Shown: positions 1 through 10,229 of the stretch, piece by piece
How the letters are laid out: each line of letters opens with the position of its first letter
How positions within the stretch are numbered: the first letter of the stretch is position 1
Translations under genes and position numbers: made by a program
NCBI GenBank assembly: GCA_036172245.1
Contig: JAYWIR010000008.1
Coordinates: 4,340,001-4,404,000, forward strand
Direction of reading: 5' to 3'
DNA length: 64,000 nucleotides
DNA from: Raillietiella orientalis
Taxonomy: Eukaryota
The notes under the pieces: generated by a model
Told to the model about the DNA's origin: nothing
What the model saw: only the letters and a program-made list of their open reading frames with translations
The model's database searches: none

Positions 1-1619
1 AGTGGTGGATGATGGCGCGCCGCTCCCTTGCTGGGTCGTGGACGCTCCCGGAAGTCAGTCCATTCGAGTGCCCTGTCAAGGGATGCACGTTTCCGTGACT
101 CTCCTTCTCCTCCGCAGGGTAGGTGGCTACGGTCATTTGCCTAGTCCCCGTTCGGTGTTTCGGACCAGGAGTGTCCTGAAACTTCCTCCGCGGCGGCGGT
201 AGATGCGACCGTTGCATCCTCGGAGTGGACGGCGATCCGTGACCTTTGCGACTGAGATGGACCTGTTTCGATGACCTGATTGGCGACTGCGGCCGTTCCT
301 GCGATGGAATTTTCTACCCGCGATCGCAACGACTCCATGTCTGCTTGCCGTTGGGCTCGCGGCTATGAGCGCTTTGCGAATCGAGATGGTCGCAGCGGCA
401 ACCACTCTGGCGACCGCGGTCAGCACGCTGGCGATTGTGATTTCCGCCGTTAAGATTCTTGCAATCGTGACGGTGGCCGACGTAGTGCTGGCTGCGCCCG
501 TTGCGTTTGGCTCCCGAGCCCATGACTTTAATCTGCAGCACATCTATTGCTGACGAGGTCGTGACATGCGTCCAGGATCGCTGCGGTCATCATCATGCTC
601 ACGAGCACACCGTTCTGTAATCGTCGCTGGCCGCTCTTGTGCTCCATGAGACTCCCGCTGGGCTGCGACCGTCAAACGTGCCACCTTTTTCCTGCTGTGA
701 CCTCAGTGATCACCGGGAGAGCGACTGCCATCTTCCTGTGTGAGATCCTTACTGAGCTGCCGATGCTGCTGACACTTAGGGACCTCGGGAGCAATCGGTC
801 ACTTTGACTGCCAGCGATGCCTCTGTGGTTTCCCCCAAGCGTTGCTAGGGCGCCTGCGATCACCGCAGCTGCAGGCGGTCTCCGTGGTCATCAGTGACTG
901 AGAGGTGGTCAGGTGATGGGCGACCGTGTTCTTAGCCGCCGTCCCGATGGTTTCTCAGAAACGTGATGGACGCCGCCACCGTGATCCTCGGTCTTCACTG
1001 TCGTGACCATCTCCAAGCTGCCTGCAGCTATCGTGCCCTAACCACCACCCCTCGCAACACCTTCGTCTCTGAGGTTTCTTGTGATCGTCCGAGCGTTCCG
1101 CGGTGGCAGCGAATCGCGACCACCTGCACGGCGGGTGCTCCGTCGGTCCTCGTTTCTCTTGGAGGAAGAGGAGCACTCCCTGCGGAAGGGGAGTTGCTGG
1201 GCAACGCGGCACAGCCGAGATTGACGAGGGTCATCCTTTCCATGTCCTCGGTCCTGCAGCGGGTGTGGTGGTCCCAGGACAGCGACTCCGAGAGCCATGG
1301 GTCGGCAAGCCGCCTGGACAAGCTCGGCTGGAGGATGAGCAGCGCTGGCGCCAGGAGGAGCTGTGACAAGTGAGTGACGCCCGCGACTCCGCTCTCCCTT
1401 GGCCTTCCCTGCTCTCGTGGGACTCCGCGGAAGGACCGATTCGGAGGGAGCCGGTAGAGGAGGAAGGGGAGGGGGGAAGTATGGGGAATAGATGCGGTCC
1501 GTGGGCGAGAGAAAATAGGGAAAGAAGACCACGCACGGAAAGACCCGATGCAAGATCAGCAGCTCTGAGAGACCGTCCCGCCACACGGAAGGCCCTTCTT
1601 CTCTCCCTTTCTGTCGCAG

Positions 1620-3271
1620 GAAACCGTTCTTGTAGACGGGGTTCCTGCGAGTGCCTCCTCCTTAGAGGTTGCCAGAAGACTTCGGTACCCCTTGAACGGA
1701 AGAGAGGGAAAAGGAGAGAGTGGGCGTTTTCGGGACGGTTAATTTACTCACCGGGCCACCTTTACTAGGATTTCGGTGAGCAGCGACGTGCTCCCGTCGC
1801 AGAAGGACGGGAAGAGAAAGATCGGCCTGAAGTCGATGCTGAGACTCGTCAGGAGAACCCACCTTTCCGAGAACCGCGGGGACGTCTCTCCAGGAGGGGC
1901 ACCCCATCCGGTGAGCACAGACCCTCTCCAATCTTCCCTTTTCCTTCCCTGTGCCTAATCCCAGCCTCCCCTTCTGAAACCAGAGCCAGTTAGACGAGTT
2001 CCTGTCTAAGGAGACCAGGAGCAAGGAGAGGAGCGAGATTCTGGGCAGGATAAGCAGGTTCCTCGGGAACAAGCACAAGGACCTTGCCACGGGCAACCGG
2101 TAAGTCTTAGATGCGTCTCTTCCTCCTCACCCCTCTCTCCCCTTTCCTCTTTCTTTCTCCTCAGCATCCTAGACGACGCGGACCACGTCTCCTCATCCAG
2201 CCGCGCGGTGAGTATGGCAGCGGAGCTTCCCACCACACCCTACCTCTTTCCCTACCCCCCCAGACAGGGGTGAGGAAGCTCGGATTCTGCAGCAGGAACG
2301 GGGTGCTCCCGATGTGCCCATTCCGACTGGGACTCCAGACCAATGGGTGGGAGGCGGTGACTGGGGCTGCAGGAGGAGAGATGCGCAGTTGAGGGGACTG
2401 GGGAGATGGATCGGAGGAGACATGGTGGAACACCACACGTTTCCTCTCCGTCAGTAGGCCACAAAGCTCGCTTTCTCCAGCCACGACGAATCAGGTGCTC
2501 CCACAGGAGCCCACTTTGAGGCCACGTGGGAGGTTCCCGCGGCCAGCCATCAACCACCGCCCGGGAGATTGGCAGCCGTTGCAGCCCACTCCTCTGATTG
2601 CCCCTGGATCGATAAGGAGGTCATCAGGATGGCATGGTACACCTGTGGCATCCCGAAAGGTCTCCCTTCCTCATCTCCCACCTTCCCTTCGGTCCGCGTG
2701 CCGGGTGCTTCAGCTAATGGTGGTTGCGCGCGCCAAGCTTTCTGGAAGGGTGCCACTTCCTGGGTACGGTGGCGCTGTCAGGAGCTGCCTCCAGACATCT
2801 CCTGTGCACTACTTCCCTTTTCGCTCCTCCCTCCGCGTCAGCGGACTCCGCGGTACGGTTCGGCAAACCGAGTCCCCTACCGTCGCGCGTCGGCAACCGC
2901 GACACTCCCACGCTGTGGCGCGCGAGCTGGAGTACTGTTTGCTGAAGGCGTCTGTTTCAGAACTCCCACGAAGAACTGGCACGAGACGGAAGAAGAGGTC
3001 ACAAACCCCCGCCGGACCCCACCGGCTCGACAGATTCCATAGAGTCCTGCGATTCCACTTCCAGACCCGTCCTCGTTCGCGGGAGGTCCGGAAAGTCTCG
3101 ACCCGGGGGCCTCCACGGAAGCGGCTGATGGGAAAGGGGGCCCTAGACGAGCAGCTGAAGGATGTCTTCTCCATGCAGGAAATAAAGTGGTGTTCCCAGG
3201 AGAGGATCCTCTGGTTACAGGAGCCATATACTGAACTGAGTCATCCTCGCCAATGTAGCAGGGCTCGATAA
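1620..3271 (+). CDS. Orphan multi-exon gene (5'-partial), Arg/Ser/Pro-rich, about 421 aa, no recognisable domain
   Basis: Exons 1620-1684, 1769-1910, 1984-2099, 2165-2207, 2264-2346 and 2455-3271 join in one open frame (ETVLVDGVPA...RISVSSDVLPSQKDGKRKIGLKSMLRLVRR...SQLDEFLSKETRSKERSEILGRISRFLGNKHKDLATGNRILDDADH...DEQLKDVFSMQEIKW...RAR*). The GT-AG introns are 84, 73, 65, 56 and 108 nt, most with pyrimidine tracts; donors include gtaagt, gtgagt and gtgagc. The start is unresolved and the last exon could hide further introns. Confidence 0.55.
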
Positions 3272-4449
3272 AGGCGGGACCCCAGCTTCCCCTACCGGGG
3301 ACGGCCCGAATGCCGGCAGCGCGGCCTGGTTTGGTGGGCTCGCGTTTCCGTTGAAATATCTCTCCTCCTCTCTTCGCCCTTTTCCTCCTTTTTCCCTCCA
3401 TTGCCACTGCCAGAAATAACAACAAGAACAACAACGATATTGTTACTATCATCATCAACATTTTTCTTTTCTCTTGGTCTTTCTCTCCATCCACTCCTCT
3501 TCCTTATCACCGATTCATCCTCTTGCTCTTCCATTTGCAGCCTCCTTTTCTCCTGCAGACTTCCCGGGACTCCCCATCGCTCCCCGTGCTCCCAGAGACG
3601 GCTACCCTACTCGTGGCCATCGGAGAACTCTCTTCCTCCTCTCCGACGTATCCTGAGCTCCCTGCAGCCCTCCCCGGGTGCTCCTATTCTTTACAGATTA
3701 AGCGACATGTTGACCACCACCAGTACCGGGGATTGTGGGGACCCGATAGAAGAAGGATGGGTGAATGAAGCTTCTTCCATGAGAAGAGAGAAGACGCCGT
3801 TCCTTGCATTCATAAAGAGGAGCACAGAATGCCGCCCCCTCCCCGATCGTGCCCTTGGAAGGCCCCGGTGCTCGGGAAAATCCGAGAAGTCTCCAGAAGG
3901 ACTAAGAAGCAATCGCCAGGAAGACCTGGGATAAGTGCCAGGAGCGGTCCTCCCAACCTTTGTCTCCTTCTGTTGTTCTTGGAATGCGGATGTTCTCTGA
4001 GATTCCCAAAGGAAAAGAAAACCTCCCTGCCGCGCATCCTAGGACGGGAAACACACCATGAGCGCCCTATTTGCCCTCCCCGTGAGCGGTGCCTTTGAAC
4101 TCGGGAACAAAAATCACTCTCCGGATTTCTTCAGCCTCCTGCCGGAAAAGGACTTCTTGCTTTCCATCACGGTCGCTGGTCTGGGACGAAGAAAGTTACC
4201 TGGGAAGCGAGAGGGACGCCCTCCCCACCTTCCGCTGGAAATACAGGTCTTCATCTGGAGAGTCGTTACGCGCGGGATGGAGGGAAGGCATCAGCCGTCT
4301 TTCTCTGCTGTCCCACCCTGCTGGCCTCTGGTCCAGGAGGACCGTCTTTTGTCCCTCTCTCTCCATTCTTCGGAAGTCGCCTCTGAGTCCTTCCTAGCTG
4401 AAACTACCCGTCTCCATTCCCTACTCCCTGGCCTTTGTCAGGCTGCTGA

Positions 4450-5580
4450 TTCTTGAAGTCTCCCTGAGGAGAAAAGAGCCTCTGCTTGTCTCCAGGGGGA
4501 ACGATAGGTGAACGATGAGACCTTCCCTACAAAGATGAGTTGCTTGCAGTTTGCCTGTTGAGAAACGATGAGAGGTCCAGAGTCTGCTTGGACTTTGGGA
4601 GGGTCAGCTTATCGAACGACAGAATTGCAGTTGCCTTCAGTAACCCAAAGATCCGAACTTGCGGAAATCCGTTGACCATCTGCTGATATCAGCATCTCCA
4701 GAGACCCACTCCCGAAGAGGGGCTATCTCGGTAGCCTATCCCGAAGGGAGAACCAAGCGTTGCAAGAAGATCCGTCTTTCCATGGGGTGGAAGGGGAGGG
4801 GAACGATGGGGATGCAGGTCTTCCTGCTCTAGGACCCTTCCCCGAACTCCGGATGGCGCCTCTCTCTCTCCCTAGCCCACTTTTCGACCCGTCGCTTAGA
4901 TCGGAAAGGGTTCCTGGAATTTGGACGGTTTTGGAGACCGAGGATTCGCTTCATCCAAGGAGGAGCCTCCTCCTTTCCTCCCAGATGCACCTTCGTCCAG
5001 CACCGTGCGCTTTCAGGAAGGTCCACGACATGTCCTTGGAGGGCCCCGAGGAAGCCACCGGCAAGGAAGATCGGAAGCGGCCTCTTCTGGTGCAGAGGAC
5101 GGTGCATGCCGCAGACGGCCCTGGGATCGCCGCTTCCCTTTCTTCTCTTTGCCGGAAGGAGGTCCCCGAGAGGCTCCCGCATGCCGCCATTCCCGCGCCA
5201 CTGGATCAACTAGGAAGAATCGGTGGCAGCTGCGATAGTTGGGCCTCTTCCTAACTTCTGGCGCAGCACCGGAAGCGTGCCCGCGAAGCAAGTCGCTTTC
5301 CCCATCCCCCACCGTTGCCCGTTGTCAGGAACCGACTCCTTGATTCCTGTAAGGACCCCAGAGGGTCAACTTCCAATCCCGCTTAATTAACGGAGGCATC
5401 CGGGGGTTTCCAGCTTCCACCAGTGCAGCACTCGAAGCCTGCAGGCTACCCAGCGTCATCCTGCGGAGGGGACTCGAATGCATCCATTTGACTCGAATGC
5501 TAAGAGCATTCATCCTTTGAAGGAGAAGGGGGATGGGTTCGAACCCGCAACGCTTGGTACCACACGAGGAGACAGCAGCC
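4450..5580 (-). mobile_element. Degenerate non-LTR retrotransposon (LINE) reverse transcriptase fossil
   Basis: Minus-strand frames give, in RT order: RDWKLTLWGPYRNQG (cf. P.DWK...P..KKG), PNYRSC (NYR.I), TSFRQRE (Q.GFR), FLKAHGAGRRCIW (DF.KAYD..R..LW), GKGPRAGRPASPSF (G.RQG.PLSP.LF), MLISADG (LLYADD), KVSSFTY (V..F.YLG). Frameshifted, with stops. Confidence 0.5.
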
Positions 5581-6899
5581 ACACGGCTGCCAGCTTCAAA
5601 CAGCTCTCGTGTACTTACCGCTGGAAAGGGTAGGATGAATTCATTGCTGCCATGCTTCGAGGGTCGAGGAGCTTCTACGCAAAGATGGTCTTTCAGAGAC
5701 TAGGAGAAGGCATTCCGAAGGGAAATTCAGCCTAATTCATAGTTCCAGGCAAGCAATAGTCCTGCGTCAGGTCAAGTACCGATCTGGACAAATTAGGAGA
5801 TGCAGCAGCATGGTAAACCTTTCTGTTCTTTCTTTCCTTCCGTAATCAGTCGCCTCTTTAGTGGATGAGATCTTCGTGTTCATTTAGTAACTCTGGATAA
5901 TGTGCTTTTGCGAGTTCAGACGTTCTCCAAGTGCATTCCAATGCATTGGCAGCTGGATCTCCAGAAATTCACGATCCACACAGTGAGCAAAAAGTCCAAG
6001 AGAAAAAAGTCCATAACATTGGACAAGGTCGACTCCAGGGAACACTATTTTTTCCCATGAGACCAGTGCTCCAGGATGCAGTCGCCGGAAAGCTAGCATT
6101 CGTTTCCCACTTCTCCGCTGAATCTGCACTTCCTATAATTCTGAACAGCAATGGGGACTCTCATTCTCTCCTTCACGAGATTCATCTACTTTCTGGACAA
6201 AGACTCCTTCTCAAGGTTCCGCTTGCATGTCTCGCAAAAAAAAAAAAATGCAGCAAAAAATTAATAATTTTATTCTGGAATACAGCTTACCGCAAGCTGG
6301 CAATGTCGAAAACTTCGTATCAATAATAACATGTCTGTTAGGAAACAAAAAATTACAGAAATATTGGACGTGGCCTGCTAGCATAGATACGCTTACGATA
6401 TGTGTAAATATGTACGTGTGCCAACGAACTTCATGTCTATTACATGTGCATTATGTGCATCCATTCATTCCTGTGTATTTGTGGATTTTCTTGCTTTTGC
6501 AATCAATATAAGAAATGAATCAATGAGACCACAACTGTATGTCTATCACAAATGTATGTTATTCAACATTAGTAAATGAAAATTAAGATTTCATTTACTA
6601 AAGAAGCGATTGATTATGAGGAGAAAAAAAAGAATAATAAAATGAATACAAATTCCATGTATCTGAAAATTTGAAAGATTCATATGAAAAACAAAAAAAA
6701 AGAAAGTCGTTAATTAGCATCAATGCGAATGATACTTTCGAATTGGATAACTAATGAATTTTTACAATCAGAATCTGTTTGTAAAGAGAACGACGAAATT
6801 CTAACTGATAAAGTCTTTTCCGCAACTATGAAACATTTTTTCATTCGTTTCACATCACGTAATTAATTTTCAAACTCTTGAGTGAACCAAGATGAGCAG

Positions 6900-7700
6900 G
6901 ATTTATAAACTAAAATTCCGAGTGAAAAATAGTTTGCTAATAAAGATCCATCACTTTAGAGAGAGAAAATTATTCCAACTAGGATTCATTATTCAATGAT
7001 AACAACAAAAATACAATCAGACAACCACTGTATTATGAAATCATTGTAACATATGGAATGGGAGTCGAAAGTTAATGCACTATTTAAATTTCTCCTTATT
7101 GAAAACAAATAATTATAGTTTTATACATGATGTATACTTTTAACATGAACGAATGCTATTAATTTGCCATTTACAACTAGTTCAAAATCCAAGTAGATAT
7201 AGGTTATGTTTAGAATTTCGTTGAAGATAATCAAAAATTCAAGCAAAACACTGAAGTGTTCTTGTGACTATTTGAATGCAATATTTCTCGAATCTGCCTC
7301 TTTTGGGATTCCAAGGTTTTCCCATTGTTTTTAATAAAGAACTCTTGATGAAAATGTATTTCTTTAGAACAACTCGTTTTCAATTTTCAATTTTATTTAG
7401 ACTTCTTAAATATTCTATGGAAAAATCGATGTTCTCTAATAAGGAGGTATACTAACAAAATACAAAGATGATTTAGAAATCTTTATCTTTTGTTACTCAT
7501 AATAAAGTAAGCATGCTTATCCCAAAGAATACTAAAGAATGTTAATTCCAAGAAAGACTTACAAATTCCGCTTGCATTTCCAACATATGAAATTGTTAAG
7601 TTTCCAACAAATGTATTCTCTCAGAAAGTGATATTATTTCTTACTCCAAACCAAATATCATAGTTGAAACCAATGGTTTGTCTGGGATGGGTTTTTAAAC
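6900..7700 (-). mobile_element. Highly degenerate AT-rich LINE RT fossil just upstream of the RPL35A start codon
   Basis: Minus frames read KPLVSTMIFGLE*EII, MQAEF, IIFVFC*YTSLLENID, LGIPKEAD, LQCFA*, CKWQIN, collinear with RPISL / Q.GF / LD..KAFD / GVPQGS / LFADD / W...N motifs. Many stops; weak. Confidence 0.3.
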
Positions 7701-7776
7701 CTAAAATGCTTTCTGTAGTTTGGTATTTCTACATCCGCTAATTCCGTTAACAAGTCCAGTATCTACTCCCTGCATT

Positions 7777-9088
7777 ATGGAAGCCACGAAAGATAAAAAG
7801 AAGCAACAAAACATACCTTCAACAAAATCCAACCCTGAAAAAAGTGAACCTAAAGAAAGAATTAGAAAACCTAGAAAGCGACCAGGAAGGTAGATGTTAT
7901 TGTAATTGTTTTTGTGTCGTGTTCTAATGCAAGGGTGAATTCTTAATTTTCACTAGGATTGCATTTCCATGGTCATCACACTTAATATCACACTATCAAA
8001 TGCAGTTGATAATTATGAAACTTGGCTGTTTGTGTCTTTTACTTTTGGGGGGCGCACACGTGCTTTGACAATTTTTAAAATGGTCTTTTTGTGCTTAGGA
8101 TATATGATCATTAAACCATTTTGTAGTTGGCATATATGCGAGCACATTTGTAAGGTCGCTATGTCTGCTTAGTTTTCATTGTTCAATATAGTTCCCGTTG
8201 TTTCATCAGGAATCTGGAATTATGCTGTCTAGAAATGATTAACTTTCCATGAATCCCATTATGGCAGCGCGTATATTGGTACCAGGGTTTCAGAATATCT
8301 TTCAGATTATTGATTCTCTATATTTGTTATTTGTCGCAGTGAAATCCTTTTGTAACCACGTGTAGCCGACCATGCAGCAAGATATCTTTCGATTCTCATT
8401 TTTATGTAATGTTCCACATAATCTCTTTTGTACCAAGTCTTATTTTTGTAGTGCGTTCGGGCATCGCTTTATATTTGAAGAAACTTTTAAAACCTATGGT
8501 TTTCGGTAATTTTGCATTCTCCAATCTTGCTTTAGGTAATGGCATGGTATTCTGGACATACGATAGCATAATATCTTTTTGAGCAGCAATTGTGTCATGA
8601 TTCAGTATTCATGTTAGTAATTTATTATCTTTCCAATTTCTCATGTGAAGGCAGCTAATATTTATGCATTTCAGATTGTATGCAAAAGCAATTTTTACTG
8701 GATACAAAAGGGGATTGCGCAATCAACATGAAAATACCTCATTACTTAAGATAGAAGGTTGCAGAAATACCAAAGATGCTCTATGGTATGTAGGAAAAAA
8801 ATGTGCCTTTGTGTACAAGGTGAGTATGATTTTATGTTCGTCATCACTCACTTTTTGGTAGGCAAAAAGAAAAATTCCAGTTCCTGGGAAAAATTATAAA
8901 ACCCAACAAAGAGTAATATGGGGAAAGGTAACCAGAGCACATGGGTGTAGTGGCTCAGTAAGAGCCAGGTTCAAGAGAAATCTGCCTTCTGCTGCTATGG
9001 GACGCCGTATCCGCATTGTGAGTGAGCCAGATTGTGAAAAAGTGTTTAGTTTGCTTCTCTTTAGATGCTGTATCCATCTAGAATATAG
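7777..9088 (+). CDS. RPL35A: 60S ribosomal protein L35a (eL33), 145 aa
   Basis: Exons 7777-7889, 8675-8819, 8862-9017 and 9065-9088, all GT-AG and in phase. Translation: [10 protein letters not shown]...[35 protein letters not shown]...[11 protein letters not shown]...[43 protein letters not shown]. Confidence 0.97.
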
Positions 9089-9095
9089 ATTTTCA

Positions 9096-9101
9096 AATAA
9101 A
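9096..9101 (+). promoter_or_regulatory. Polyadenylation signal of RPL35A
   Basis: AATAAA 7 nt after the TAG stop. Confidence 0.75.
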
Positions 9102-10229
9102 TGAAGATTCGAATTTTGCAAAGAAATGACTTGTTATTAATCATATTTGAATATTGGAATTATTTGCTATTTTGGAAGTGCTCCAGGAGTTACTTTTGAA
9201 TGAGTGCCATTTGTTTGGAGAAATTGTGATTGGTTTTGTTTGGCTTGAATATTTTTTTAATCTTCTGTTTCTGTTTGAAGCTAAACCTTTAGGCAGAGAC
9301 TCAAGTAAGGAATGTAGGGAACATCAACTTGAAAAATAAATGTAACAAGATGATAAGTAAACTTTGAAGTTTCTTACTTAGGTGATTTCATGCCAACAGC
9401 AAACAGGTGAAATATCTGGAATGTCGGATTGCAATTGAGCACTAGCACACACAGTTTAGCTGATTTCTTTATTGAATTGGTCGGTACATGAGAAAACAGG
9501 GATGGTGTGATATTTCACACCTTTGTGTGGCTGCACCATTTTATCCCCGAAATACTTGTGCTTTCCTTTGAGCTGGATGAGCAAAAGGAAGAGCATGTTC
9601 CTGTTGTACAATGTGGCAGGATAGGTGTATAAGTGATTTTGACAGAATTGAGTGTATGTTTTCTCAGTCTGAAAATGAAAACAAGTCATTGGAAAGTGCA
9701 AATGACTGATTTGATACAGTCCTTCATGAGATTATGGAAATGAAAATTTGTTCTAAAATGGAATTCACTTGTAGGATGAATTTTGTGTGTGTTGAGACTT
9801 CCGATTATGCAGTGATGTTCAAAGATGGGTCAGGTTTGCAATTCTTAATGAAGAAAGAAAGAAAAATAGCTTGTTTCTTCATTTGTTGCATGCTTCATGA
9901 AGGCAAGATGCTGATGAGTTGTTTTCATCAGCATAGTTTATAGAATTTCGAGGAATGAAAGCACTGAAGTATTTCCTGAAGAGGAATGAAAATTGGCATG
10001 GGGAACCTTGGCATTCATTTTGATTTTCCACTTCAGAATGCATGGGAAACAATTTTATTGGATATGAGCAGGATTTATAGAAACCCAGTTTCTTGCCATC
10101 ACAAAGTTGATTAACTGCTTAATTTCTCAATTTGCTGTGGACAGGGTTTAGTAGTTTGCTAGGATGTTCTTAAGCAAACTGATGTCAGGGGTTCCTGTTG
10201 TGAATTTCTGTAGTACCAGTGCATGATTT

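Noticed and set aside
2340..2620. Frame reading GDWG...HTF...ASHQP...PWIDKEV as a LINE endonuclease remnant
   Set aside because: Matches are weak and no RT follows; the in-phase spliced model explains the region better.
3559..3770. Possible extra exons after pyrimidine tracts (acceptors near 3558 and 3697)
   Set aside because: Donors are weak and I could not build a coherent frame or link them to the upstream gene.
7890..8674. Intronic snoRNA in RPL35A intron 1
   Set aside because: No clear C/D box pair with a terminal stem and no evident H/ACA structure; a covariance-model search is needed.
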